Positions 40,150 to 53,435 of a stretch of 64,000 nt of DNA are shown piece after piece. The DNA is from Anaeramoeba ignava BMAN (Eukaryota > Protista > Anaeramoebae). The notes under the pieces are model-generated. The model worked only from the letters and a program-made list of their open reading frames with translations. It searched no databases and was not told the origin of the DNA. The translations under genes were made by a program, and so were the position numbers. The stretch is from NCBI GenBank assembly GCA_028826165.1, contig JAPDFW010000071.1:124001-188000 (forward strand), read 5' to 3'. How positions within the stretch are numbered: the first letter of the stretch is position 1; each line of letters opens with the position of its first letter.

Positions 40150-43100
40150 TTATTTATTCAAAATTGATAATAATTGTTCGATTGTACTTTCAGGAAGAAG
40201 AGTATGTTCATCCCAAGAACGAATAACATTTTCCACTTTTTTTTGAAAATTTTGAGCACAAATTCTTCCTGAAATTGTTTGAAGAACATCACTAAAATTC
40301 TGAATAATGTCAGGAAGTGATTCCATAATACATCTTCTAAAAGTAGGAGCATTTAAAATACTTGTTGAACAAGTATTATGAAGAATATCTGAAAGTAAAT
40401 ATAATCTTGCAATTTTAAGTTTTAAAGGTGTTTCAAAAATTGTAAGTGATTTCTTAATCATTTCAATCATTTCTTCAACATTTTCTGGATGATCAAGAAC
40501 AAATTCCATTCCTTCTTTTATTTTTTGTCTTTCTGCTGATATTGTTTGAAGCATTTCAATTAATTCTTGTTTTATTTCATTATCCATTTTTGTTGAGTCT
40601 ATTTTTATTTCTTGTGTTGACCATCTCCAATCTTCTTGTCCTATTATTTTTCCTTGTAAATGAAGATTGGAAAATTCTGGAATAATTGATTGGATTGAAT
40701 TTTCCATGTAATTTGTTGGTTCATTAATAACATCAACTTTAAGAAAGTTTCCAAAAGAGAATTTCCCTTTTAATTTTAATTTTAATTTTAATTTAAAATT
40801 TTAATTTTAATTTTAATTTTAATTTTAATTTTAATTTTAATTTAAATTTTAATTTTAATTTTAATTTTAATTTTAATTTGAATTTTAATATTAAATTTAA
40901 TATTAATTTTAATTTTAATTTTAATTTTAATTTTAATTTTAATTTTAATTTTAATTTTAATATTAATTTTAATATTAATTTTTATTTTAATTTTAATTTT
41001 AATTCTGATTTTAATGAATTTTAATTTTAATTTTAATTTCAAAATGAATTTTTAATTTTAATTTGATTTTAAACCATCTAAATTTTGTGCAGCAATTTTT
41101 GCAGATTTTCCATCTGTAAAAATCATTTTTGCAAATCCATCATTTAAATCAACTTCCAAAATTTTTCCATAAGGAGAAAATAAAGATATTAATTCAATCT
41201 TTTGAACTTCTCTTGGTAAATTGGAAACATAAATTGCAGTTGTTTCATCTTCAAAAATTTGAAAAAAATTATTGAATTGAATTGTTATTTGTTAAAAATC
41301 ATTTGAAATGAAGTTTTTGTATTGTTTTTTTTTTTCCAATTTTTTTTTTGTAATATCTCATTTACTATTTGAATATAAATTATTATCATTATAATTTTGG
41401 TTATAATTATAATTATTATTAAAATCTTTTTGGTTTATTCTTTGATCATTATTTTGCTTCATTTTGTTTTCAAAATTTAAATTTTGATATTGAAATTGAT
41501 CTTGATTCCATGTGTTTTCTTTTGTTTCATGAAAATTATTTCTTTGAAGATTAAGATTAGAATCTGTTCTAAATGAATTTTGTGGGTTATTTTGCTAAAA
41601 AATGATTTTAAATTTTAATTTTAATTTTAATTTTGATTTTAATTTTAATTTTAATTTTGAATTGAATTTTGATTTTAATTTTAATTTTAATTTTAATTTT
41701 AATTTTAATTTTAATTTTAATTTTGAATTGAATTTTGATTTTAATTTTAATTTTAATTTTAATTTTAATTTTAATTTTTAATTTTAATTTTGATTTTGAT
41801 TTAAATTTAAATTTTAATATTGATTTTAATTTTAATTTTAATTTTAATTTTAATTTTAATTTTAATTTTAATTTTAATTTTAATTTTAATTTTAATTTTA
41901 ATAAATTTTAATTTTAATTTTAATTTTAATTTTAATTTTAAATTTTTAATTTTAATTTTAATTTTAATTTTAATTTTAAATTTTTAATTTTAATTTCAAT
42001 TTTAATTTCAATTTTAATTTTAATTTTAAATTTTAATTATAATTTTAATTATAATTTTGAATTGAATTTTGATTTTGATTTTAATTTTAATTTTAATTTT
42101 AATTTTAATTTTAATTTTAATATTAATTTTAATTTTAATTTTAAATTTTAATTTTAATTTTAATTTTAATTTAATTTTAATTTTTGATTTTTAATTTTAA
42201 TTTTAATTTTAATATTAATTTTAATTTTAATTTTAAATTTTAATATTAATTTTAATTTTAATTTTTAATTTTAATTTTAAATTTAAATTTTAATTTTGAT
42301 TTTGATTTTAATTTTAAATTTAATTTTAATTTTAATTTTAATTTTAATTTTAATTTTAATTTTAATTTTAATTTTAATTTTAATTTTAATTTTAATTTTA
42401 ATTATAATTTTAATTTTAATTTTAATTTTAGTTATACTAAATAAGAATTATCAAAATTTCTCTCATCTTTTTGATAACCATCGAATTTATGATAAGAATG
42501 AGAATGTCCAGAATTTTCAGAATGGTGATAACGATGATTATGACGATTATGGTGATTATGATAATTATGATGATGACCATGTGAATTATGTCTTGAATTC
42601 CTATCATTTCTATAATCAGAACGATAATTATCTCCATATTCTCTTCTTGAATAATCAAAATCATGATAATCATTCTCTATTACTTTTTCATATTTTTTTT
42701 CTCTTTCTAATTCTTCAATAAATTTATCAATCTCTTTTTTTGGTTTTGAAATGATTTTTTTCTTCCTTTTTTTTAATAAATAATCTTCATTTTCTTTTTC
42801 ATTTTGTTCTGAATTTCCAAACGATTTTATATAATCATTTAATATTTGTTGTTCCATTTTTTGTTCATGCTTTTTTTTTTAGATTGATTTATTAAAATTA
42901 AAAATTAAAATTAAAATTAAAATTTTGAATTGATTTTTAAAAGAAACCTTCTTTTTTTCTTCAAGTTCATTTTCTTTTATTTGTTGTGGTGTAACTTTTT
43001 TATAAAATCCTTGTCCAAATCTTTCTATTTTTCTTGGATCAACTCCAGCCTTTTTTATTTAAATTATTTTTTATTTTTTTGCAATTAAATTATTTTTTTT

Positions 43101-43163
43101 TTCAGTTTAAATTAAAAATTTTTTCTTTACTTTTTTCTTTCTTTTTTTTGTATCACTTGACAT
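40150..43163 (-). CDS. U2SURP/SR140-like splicing factor (RRM plus CID)
   Basis: N-terminal ILNDYIKSF...EIDKFIEELERE. RRM TTAIYVSNLPREV...FSPYGKI...GFA. CID ERQKIKEGMEFVLDH...TPLKLKIARLYLLSDILHN. Multiple introns. Confidence 0.8.
41595..42425 (-). repeat. Intron filled with (TTTTAA)n microsatellite
   Basis: Visible array; boundaries approximate. Confidence 0.8.
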
Positions 43164-43303
43164 TTTTATTTTATTAAAAAAATTGAAAAAAAATGAAAAA
43201 AATGAAAAAGTTTTTTATTCCATTTTTTTTTTCAATTTATTTTCTTTGTTAAAATTTAATAAAATAAAAATAATATAATAAAATATAATATAAAATAATA
43301 AAA

Positions 43304-46300
43304 TTAAATGTTTTTAAAATCAATTCTTCTGCATTGATGTCCACAACCAAAAGGGCATTGCGAATGATTTTGAAACCATTTTAATAAACAATCATGATGA
43401 CCACCATGATTACAAACAGTACAAATTAAAAAATCTTTTTTAACAGGTTGTTGACTAAAAGAAAATAATTATAATTATAATTTTAATTTTAATTTTAATT
43501 TTAATTTTAATTTTAATTTTAATATTAATTTTATTTTGATTTTTATTTTAATTTTATTTTAAATTTAAATTTAATTTTAATTTTAATTTTAATTTTAATT
43601 TTAATTTTAATTATAATTTTAATTATAATATTAATTTTATTTTGATTTTTATTTTAATTTTTATTATTAATTTTAATTTTAATTTTAACTTTAATTTTTT
43701 TTACCAAAAACTACAAATTGGATAAGAATTTTGTAATTCAATCATCGTTTCAATTTGATTAATTCGATTAATTGATTCAAACTGAGAATTTTTTATAATT
43801 TCTGATGAAATTGTAAATAATTCAAATCTAAATAATAAATCAATATATTCTTGAGTCCATTTTTCTAAATTTTCAATAAAAAGTTTGTATTTTGTCTGAT
43901 CAAAATCTTTCAAAAAATTTTGTAAAATTAATGCAATATAAACACAAGTTTGAATATCTCCATTCAAAATACAAAAATCAAATATTTTGTCAAGAATAAT
44001 AAAAGGGTCATTAAAAGGATTAAAAAAATCAACTTTTGGAATTAAATCATGTTGATTATCTTTTAAAATTGTGATATTGTTATTGTTATTATTATTATTA
44101 TTGTTATTATTATTGTTATTATTATTTTTGTTATTATTGTTATTGTTATTATTATTATTATTGTTATTATTATTGTTATTATTATTTTTGTTATTATTGT
44201 TTTTGTTTGCTAAATATTCTTCTTCAATTTCTTTTAAAATTAACTCTTCTTCTTCTGAAAACAAATAATTTTCTATCAAGTTATCAATAAAAGGAAACCA
44301 AAAAGGAAGAAATTTCCAAATTAAAACAAGTTGGTCAATTCCACAAAAAATACAAACTTTGCAATTCCATTCACAAACAGTTTTGAAATCTCCTTGATAA
44401 TGATAGTTGTTTGCAATGTAAATAAAATTTTGAGGATTAATTTGATACAAATTTGTTGATTGCAAAAAAAACACTTCAACATCAAAAAGTGTTGTTTGTT
44501 TATCAAGAATATCATAAACAGTATTTTTCGTTATAACTTGAGAAATGTTGTTTTTGTTGATGTTTTGAATATTCTTTGATTTTGATCTTGATTTTGTTTT
44601 TTTGACTTGAATTTTTTGAGGAAACGAAAAAAAGGATTTTTCATCACGATTTAAATTTGGTGGATTCAGAAGCAATTCAGACTGTTTACTCCATGAAATG
44701 CAAGAGGAACTAACATGATGCAAAGGAACATAAAAGTCTTCGTGATTGAAAATTGAAATATCACCGTTTTTGTGCATGCGATAATTGAGTGAGGAGATTT
44801 ATGAAGCCATTTTATATCCACAAAAACTTCTTTAGTTGGATTTTTGACAATAAATTTAGGAAGGAAAGAATGGTTCAGATTCCAAACTAACAAATTACTA
44901 CTTCGAGAAGAGCAAGCAACAATTTCCAAATTATATTTACTGAGTAATTTTTTTGAATATTCTTCTCGAATGATTTTTTCTTTTTCTTTTTTCTCATCGA
45001 TATTTTCAATATCACTTGAGAGATGAACTTGTTGCCAATCGATGAATTCCTCATGAATTTTAGATTTGCGTTTAATTAATGAAGGTGATGAATCTTGAAC
45101 ATTTATTGAATCTGTTGGAATATTGCCGAATTTCCATTGTATTTTATTCATTGGCAAATGTGTTTGAATTGAAATCAAAGGTTTTGAGGAATCCAATTTA
45201 AGATCCCAAGCACGAACAACACAATCACGATTTCCCGCAGTGATTACAAGCGGCTCCTCTATGTAATCATTCCAATCTGCGGCAATCGTGGCTCCTTGAT
45301 GAGCACGGATGATCCGTGGCTCTTCTTGATATCTTAAATCATATATTAATAAACTCCCATCTTCTAATCCACTTGCAAATAAATTTACAAAAATGTTGCT
45401 GAATTTAATTGATCGGCATTCTGATTTTGTTTTGAAAAGAAGTGATGGTTGTGTTGGTGACCGTATATCCCAAAGTTTTAAATTTCGATCTTGTCCTCCA
45501 CTTATTATAATATTTGGATTTGTTCCATGCCATGAAACACAATTTGTCATTCTTTGGATTTTTTGATGAGATTCTCTCAAAACAACCTCTATAAATTTTA
45601 ATATAAATTTTAATATAAATTTTAATATAAATATTAATATCATTTTATTTATAATTTTATTTATAATTTTATTTATAATTTTATTTATAATTTTATTTAT
45701 AAATTAATTTATAATTTTATTTATAATTTTATTTATAATTTTATTTATAAATTTGTTTATAAATTTGTTTATAAATTTGTTTATAATTTAATTTATAATT
45801 TTATTTATAAATTTGTTTATAATTTTATTTATAATTTTATTTATAATTTTATTTATAATTTATTTATAAATTTATTTATAATTTTGTTTATAATTTTATT
45901 TATAATTTTATTTTAATTTAATTTATAATTTTATTTATAAATTTTATTTATAATTTTGTTTATAATTTTTATTTATATTTTTTTTTATAATTTTTATTTA
46001 TAATTTTATTTATAATTTTATTTATAATTTTATTTATAATTTAATTTATAATTTAATTTATAATTTTATTTATAATTTTATTTATAATTTTATTTATAAT
46101 TTAATTTATAATTTAATTTATAATTTTATTTATAATTTTATTTATAATTTAATTTATAAATTTATAATTTTATTTATAATTTTATTTATAAATTTATTTA
46201 TAATTTATTTATAAATTTATTTATAATTTATTTATAAATTTATTTATAATTTAATTTATAATTTTATTTATAATTTAATTTATAATTTGTTTATAATTTA

Positions 46301-49300
46301 ATTTATAATTTGTTTATAATTTTGTTTATAATTTTATTTATAATTTTATTTATTATTTTGTTTTTATAATTTTGTTTATAATTTTGTTTATAATTTTAAT
46401 ATAATTTTATTTATAAATTTTGTTTATAAATTAATTTATAAATTTATTTATAAATTTATTTATAATTTTATTTATAATTTTATTTATAAATTTATTTATA
46501 AATTTATTTATAATTTTGTTTATAATTTTATTTATAATTTTGTTTATAATTTTATTTTATAATTTTATTTATAAATTTATTTATAATTTTGTTTATAATT
46601 TTTATTTATAATTTTGTTTATAATTTTATTTATAATTTTATTTATAATTTTGTTTTATAATTTTATTTATAATTTTATTTATAAATTTGTTTTTATAATT
46701 TAATTTATAATTTTATTTATAATTTTGTTTTTATAATTTTAATTTATAATTTAATTTATAATTTAGTTTATAATTTAATTTTAATTTTATTTATAATTTT
46801 ATTTATAAATTTTATTTATAATTTTATTTATAATTTTATTTATAATTTTATTTATAATTTTGTTTATAATTTTATTTTTATAATTTTATTTATAATTTTG
46901 TTTATAATTTTATTTATAATTTTTATTTATAATTTTATTTATAATTTTTATTTATAATTTTATTTATAATTTTTATTTATAAATTTATTTTATAATTTTG
47001 TTTATAATTTTATTTATAATTTTGTTTATAATTTTGTTTATAATTTTGTTTATAAATTTGTTTTATAATTTTGTTTATAATTTTGTTTATAATTTTGTTT
47101 TATAATTTTATTTATAATTTTAATTTATATTTTTATTTTATAATTTAATTTATAATTTTATTTATAATTTAATTTTATAATTTAATTTATAATTTTATTT
47201 ATAATTTATTTTATAATTTATTTTTATAAATTTTATTTATAATTTAATTTATATTTTTATTTATAATTTTATTTATAATTTTATTTATAATTTTATTTAT
47301 AATTTTATTTATAATTTTATTTATAATTTAATTTATAATTTTATTTATAATTTTATTTATAATTTTATTTATAATTTTATTTTATAATTTTATTTATAAT
47401 TTTATTTATAATTTTATTTATAATTTTATTTTATAATTTTATTTATAATTTTTATTTATAATTTTATTTATAATTTTTTTTAATTTTTAATTTATAATTT
47501 TATTTATAATTTTGTTTATAATTTCATTTATAATTTTATTTTTATAATTTTTATTTATAATTTTATTTATAATTTTTGTTTATAATTTTTATTTATAATT
47601 TTGTTTTATAATTTTGTTTATAATTTTTATTTATAATTTTATTTATAAATTTATTTATAATTTAATTTTGTTTATAATTTTATTTATAAATTTATTTATT
47701 TATAATTTTTATTTATAATTTTATTTATAATTTTATTTTATAATTTTATTTATAATTTTATTTATAATTTTGTTTTATAATTTTATTTATAATTTTATTT
47801 ATAATTTTGTTTATATTTTATTTATAATTTTATTTTATAATTTTATTTATAATTTTATTTATAATTTTATTTATAATTTTATTTTATAATTTTATTTTAT
47901 AATTTTATTTATAAATTTATTTATAATTTTGTTTTATAATTTTATTTATAATTTTATTTATAATTTTGTTTTATAATTTTGTTTATAATTTTGTTTATAA
48001 TTTTGTTTTTATAATTTTGTTTATAATTTTGTTTATAATTTTATTTATAATTTAATTTATATTTTTATTTATAATTTTAATTTATAATTTTATTTATAAT
48101 TTAATTTATAATTTAATTTATAATTTTATTTATAATTTATTTATAATTTTATTTATAAATTTTATTTTATAATTTAATTTATATTTTTATTTATAATTTT
48201 ATTTATAAATTTTATTTATAATTTTTATTTATAATTTTATTTATAATTTTATTTATAATTTTATTTATAATTTTATTTATAATTTTATTTATAATTTAAT
48301 TTATAATTTTATTTATAATTTTATTTATAATTTTATTTATAATTTTATTTATAATTTTATTTATAATTTTATTTATAAATTTATTTATAAATTTATTTAT
48401 AATTTTATTTATAATTTTGTTTATAATTTTATTTATAAAATTGTTTTAATTTATAATTTTTGTTTATAATTTTATTTATAAATTTATTTATAATTTTATT
48501 TATAAATTTATTTATAATTTTATTTATAATTTAATTTATAATTTTATTTATAATTTTATTTATAATTTAATTTATAATTTTGTTTTATAATTTTATTTAT
48601 AAATTAATTTATAATTTAATTTATAATTTATTTATAAATTTAATTTATAATTTTGTTTATAATTTTATTTATAATTTAATTTATAATTTTATTTATAATT
48701 TAATTTATAAATTTGTTTATAAATTTATTTATAATTTATTTATAATTTTATTTATAATTTGATTATAAATTTATTTATAAATTAATTTATAATTTTGTTT
48801 ATAAATTTATTTATTATTTAATTTATAATTTTGTTTATAATTTTGTTTATATTTTTGTTTATATTTTTGTTTATAAATTTATTTATAATTTTATTTATAA
48901 TTTTATTTATAAATTTATTTATGAATTGATAGATCTTACCAACATGATCTTCTCTATCTAATCTCCAAATAACTACAGCACCATTATTTACTGAAGAAGC
49001 AATAAAATTTTGGAAAGCTAAATAAATAAAATTTTTGGAATTAAAAAAAAAAATATTTTTATTACAAAAGAAATTGAATGAATTAAGAAATTTTTTTTAT
49101 ATTATAATATATATATTTATTTACATTTATGTGTATGCCATTCTATACTTGAAATATGTAAATTGTTCCTCATACTAAATTTATATGTTAATTTATTATT
49201 TTTATTTTCAATAATTGAAACCGTTTCATTTCCTGCAACTGCAATTAAATTTTCTTCTAAATTTGTTGTTAATCCAATTAATGAACCTGTTCTTTGAGAT

Positions 49301-49314
49301 AAATTAATTGTCAT
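43304..49314 (-). CDS. WDR24: WDR24/Sea2-like GATOR2 subunit (WD40 plus C-terminal zinc/RING domain)
   Basis: WD40: IISGGQDRNLKLWDIR, FASGLEDGSLLIYDLR, AHQGATIAADW..TAGNRDCVVRAWD. Also GDIQTCVYIALIL...W.QEYIDLLFRFELF. Spliced C-terminus CSFCQQPVK..ICTVCNHGGHHDCLLKWF...CPFGCGHQC. One frameshift at ~44770. Confidence 0.85.
45589..48939 (-). repeat. 3.35-kb intron of ~12-bp (TTTTATTTATAA)n satellite
   Basis: G|GTAAG donor and ATAG|AG acceptor join DHV-EVVL in frame. Confidence 0.92.
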
Positions 49315-49432
49315 CTTAAATTAATTAAATAATTGATTAATAAAAAAAAAATTAAAAAATGATTTTTTTCATTTTTCATTTTTCATTTTTTTCATTTTTC
49401 ATTTTTATTTTCTTTTTAAAATTTAAAACAGA
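49315..49432. promoter_or_regulatory. Putative bidirectional promoter with five tandem TCATTTT
   Basis: AAAAATGA, then (TTTTCAT) five times, within 118 bp. Confidence 0.65.
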
Positions 49433-49771
49433 ATGAAATCATTTATTCTTCTTTCAATTTTTGTTTTATTTTTAGTTTACAAATCACTTGCAGGAAATTG
49501 TGGAGATTTTGATGAAAGATGTAAAAAAATAAAAAAAAAACAATAAAAAAAACAATAAAAAAATTAAAAATTTTGATTAAAATAAAATAAAGGTTGTGTT
49601 TATCAACCAGTTAAAGGAGGAAGTCAAATGGAACAAGTTCATTTATCTTATGATCCTGATTATGTTTGTCCAAATAATTATGTTGATCAATTTGGAGATA
49701 ATTATGTTCTTTGTGTTAGTTCTTGCGTTTTTAGTGATGCGGATTGCCAATTTACTTATTGTCCACAATAA
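49433..49771 (+). CDS. Small secreted cysteine-rich protein (88 aa, 8 Cys)
   Basis: Exons 49433-49520 and 49593-49771 give MKSFILLSIFVLFLVYKSLA-GNCGDFDERCCVYQPVKGGSQMEQVHLSYDPDYVCPNNYVDQFGDNYVLCVSSCVFSDADCQFTYCPQ*. It has a signal peptide, an upstream TCATTTT array and a GT-AG intron. Confidence 0.85.
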
Positions 49772-49986
49772 GAAAGATTCAATTCAATTCAATTTTTTTC
49801 CAATTCAATTCATTTTTTTTTCAATTCAATTCATTTTATTCAATTCAATTCAATTAAAAAAGTTTAAAAAAAGTTTTTTCTTTGTTTTTTTTTTTAGTAT
49901 TTTACTTGATAATTTGAAGAAATTAAAAAAAAAAAGATTCAATTAAAAAAAAAAGATTCAAATTAAAAAAAAGATTAAAATTTTTC

Positions 49987-51883
49987 TCATTTTTGTTGAA
50001 GTTGTTTTCTTTCTTTTCGAACTGCTTGAATTAAATTATTTTGTGATCTTCCTTGATAAAGATTAGAAGTTTTTCCACCTTTTTTCAATTTTAATCTTGG
50101 CATACTAATTGCTTGTTGTTTCAAAACATTTATCCATTCATTCATTAAAGATTCTTTGCAAAAAAAAAAAAAGAAGAAAAGAAAGAACAAAATTTGTTAA
50201 TACATTTCAATTTAAATAGAAATTAAAATTTGATTTAATTAATAAATACCATTTTCTGCTGCAAAATAGTGAGTTTTATCTTTTATTTCTATTCCAAATG
50301 AAAATGGAGTTTGTGTTTCACTTTCTGCTACATAAATAGATTTGGATTCCCAAAGAAGATATGTTGTTGAAGGTGTTTTAGATTGATACTTTTGTGTTGA
50401 AAAAATTTTAAGAGAATGACCAGAAACAACACAAAATTTTTTATTCCATTTTTTTCTTCTAAATAATTTGAATTTAAATTTTTAATTTTAAATAAATATA
50501 AATATAATTATAATTATAAATACGATTTTGCATTATTTTTTTGTCTCAACCAACCAGAATAATCACTTCCTTCTTTTTTATTTACCTTTATTAAAAATAA
50601 TATAATAATTTTTTTTTGAGTTAGAGTGAAATTGCTAGAATAAATATATAAAAATTTACTTGAGAAACATTTTCTAATCTTTTTGATTGTTGAAATTCTT
50701 TTGTTTTACGATAAACCAGAGTATTTAATGTTGACACCCATTCTTTCATCATCTCATAATTTTCTGCAACAAGCCAATAACTTCGAGTTGGAACTACAAT
50801 AGAAAAACAATTTTCTTTATATCCATCTTCTCCATAATTTACAATTCTAACTGTTTTAATTTCAACAAGTGGAATCACTCCTAATGGGGTTTTACTCGAC
50901 TAATGTTCATTAAATTAAATTAAATTAAATTAAATTTTGATTTTTTAATTTAAATTTTGATTTTTTAATTTGTTTACTTTTTTATCATAGTATAAAATTA
51001 GTCCTCCTTTAACTACAAAATATCTGTTTCTCCATTTATCTCTGACTTTTGAGTTGCCTCTTTTAAGAAAAACTGCTGCCATTGTGTGAGGATCATTTGA
51101 ATTAGAATTTGAATCCTGTTCAATATCTTTTTTCTTTTCTTTTTTCTTTTCTTTTTTATTTTCTTTTTTCTTTTCTTTTTTCTTTTCTTTTTGATTTAAT
51201 TCTTGGTTTAATTCTTGATTTGATTCTTGATTTGATTCTTGATTTAATTCTTGATTTAATTCTTGATTTGATTCTTGATTTGATTCTTGATTTGGAATTG
51301 GAAAATTTTTTGGTTTTTCTTTTGGAAGAGGTGGAGGTAATTTATTTGGTTTTTGATTTTCTTTTGATTCTTGATTTGATTCTTGATTTAATTCTTGGTT
51401 TAATTCTTGATTTAATTCTTGATTTAATTCTTGATTTAATTCTTGATTTAATTCTTGATTTGATTCTTGATTTGGTTCTTGATTTGGAAGTGGAAAATTT
51501 TTTGGTTTTTCTTTTGGAAGAGGTGGAGGTAATTTTTTTGGTTTTTGATTTTCTTGTGGAAATGGTGGAGGTAATTCATTTGGAATTTGTGATAATTCAT
51601 TTGGAATTTCATCTTCTAATTCATCTTGAATTTCATCTTCTAATTCATCTTGATTTTCATCTTGATTTTCATCTTCTAATTCATTTGGAATTTGAGATAA
51701 TTCATTTGGAATTTGAGATAATTCATTTGGAATTTGAGGTAAATCATTTGGAATTTGAGGTAATTCATTTGGAATTTGAGGTAAATCATTTGGAATTTCT
51801 GGTAAATCTCCAAATTGTGAAGGAAAAGAAGGTGGTGGAATGGGATTTGAAATATTAATTGTATCACTAAAATCAAAACTCAT
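49987..51883 (-). CDS. Proline-rich, tandem PH-domain protein
   Basis: PH1: FLKRGNSKVRDKWRNRYFVVKGGLILYY...PLGVIPL...CFSIVVPTRSYWLVAENYEMMKEWV. PH2: YSGWLRQK...WNKKFCVVSGHSLKIF...FSFGI...HYFAAEN.SLMNEWI. Multiple short introns. Confidence 0.88.
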
Positions 51884-52019
51884 TTCTTTTGTGTAAAAAA
51901 TAAAAAATAATTAAAAAAAATAAAAAAAAAAAAAGAGAAAAAAAAGAGAAAAAAAAAATGAAAATAATAAAGGAGAAAAATTTTTTTTTCATTTTTTTCT
52001 TTTCATTTTTCTTTTCATA
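51884..52019. promoter_or_regulatory. Putative bidirectional promoter with Inr-like motifs
   Basis: AAAATGAAAA, then TTTCATTTT twice, before Rpn11. Confidence 0.6.
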
Positions 52020-53204
52020 ATGGATTTACAACAATTACTTCAACAATTTGGAGCTCATCAAAATCCTCAAATAGGAATAGATACACCACAAGTAGATACA
52101 GCAGAAACTGTGTACATATCATCATTATCTCTATTAAAAATGTTAAAACACGGAAGAGCAGGAGTGCCAATGGAAGTTATGGGATTAATGCTTGGTGAGT
52201 TTATCGACGATTACACTGTGCGTGTACAAGATGTGTTTGCAATGCCACAAAGCGGAACCGGTGTTTCTGTCGAGGCTGTTGACAACGTTTTCCAAACAAA
52301 AATGCTCGACATGTTAAAACAAACTGGCAGACCAGAAATTGTTGTGGGATGGTACCATTCACATCCAGGCTTTGGTCCCTGGCTATCTGGCGTTGATATA
52401 AATACGCAAATGTCTTTCGAGTCGCTGAATCCTCGATCAGTTGCAGTTGTTATTGACCCAATTCAAAGTGTGCGAGGAAAAGTGGTGATTGATGCGTTCC
52501 GAACAATTCCGCAGCAATCATTGATGATGGGCGTAGAGCCGAGACAAACAACGTCTCATTTGGGTCATTTGCAACCTCCTTCTGCAGTTGCACTTGTTCA
52601 TGGACTCAATATCCATTACTATTCTATGCCCATCAAATATCGCAAAAATGAATTTGAACAAAAAATGCTTCTTCATTTGCAAAAAAGTGACTGGATTCTT
52701 GGTTTGGAATTGAATAATTCGCTTACTCACTCACAAAAAAACATTTCTTTGTTGAAAGAAATGCTGGATTTAACAAAACAATATAATAAAAAAATCCAGG
52801 AAGAAATTCAAGACGAAAAAATAAAAGATATGGATTATTTCGAAAAACAACAAGAAAAACTCCATGAAAAAGTTTTGGCAAAGAAAAAACAACTCGAAAA
52901 CCAAGAAAAAAATGAAAATGTTGATCAGAAAAAAGATCAAGAAAATAATCAAATGGATATTGAAGTTGAAAAAAATGACGTTGACAAAAAACAAGTTGAC
53001 AAAAAACAAGCTGACAAAAAAGAAGCTGACAAAAAACAAGTTGACAAAAAAGAAGCTGAAAAAAATAAAGTCAAAAAACCTGAATCCATTAAAAATGTCG
53101 GTAAACTTGATCCTAAAAAGCATTTAGAACAATACATTGATATTCTTATGGCTAGAAATATTCAACAATCTTTAGGAACCTTTTTAAACACAGTTGTGTT
53201 TTAA
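52020..53204 (+). CDS. RPN11: 26S proteasome lid deubiquitinase Rpn11/PSMD14
   Basis: [34 protein letters not shown]; [20 protein letters not shown]; [12 protein letters not shown]...TVVF. Confidence 0.98.
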   Translation: MDLQQLLQQFGAHQNPQIGIDTPQVDTAETVYISSLSLLKMLKHGRAGVPMEVMGLMLGEFIDDYTVRVQDVFAMPQSGTGVSVEAVDNVFQTKMLDMLKQTGRPEIVVGWYHSHPGFGPWLSGVDINTQMSFESLNPRSVAVVIDPIQSVRGKVVIDAFRTIPQQSLMMGVEPRQTTSHLGHLQPPSAVALVHGLNIHYYSMPIKYRKNEFEQKMLLHLQKSDWILGLELNNSLTHSQKNISLLKEMLDLTKQYNKKIQEEIQDEKIKDMDYFEKQQEKLHEKVLAKKKQLENQEKNENVDQKKDQENNQMDIEVEKNDVDKKQVDKKQADKKEADKKQVDKKEAEKNKVKKPESIKNVGKLDPKKHLEQYIDILMARNIQQSLGTFLNTVVF

Positions 53205-53435
53205 TTTTACAAAAAATCTAAAAAGAAAAAACGAACGGAAAAGATTTAAATCCCACTTTTTCTTTCTCAAAAAACAAATCCATTTTTTTTCTTTCTTTTT
53301 CTTTTTCTAAATCAATAAATCCTCCAAAAATAAAAACAAAACAAAAACAAAATAAATTTGAAACAAAAAACGTTTTCGAAAATATTTTTTTTTTCTTTTT
53401 CATTTTTTTCATTTTTTTCGTTTTTATAATTAAAT

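Noticed and set aside
49596-49946. 116-aa ORF MFINQLKEE..
   Set aside because: It is an off-frame read of exon 2 of the Cys-rich peptide running into the 3' spacer.
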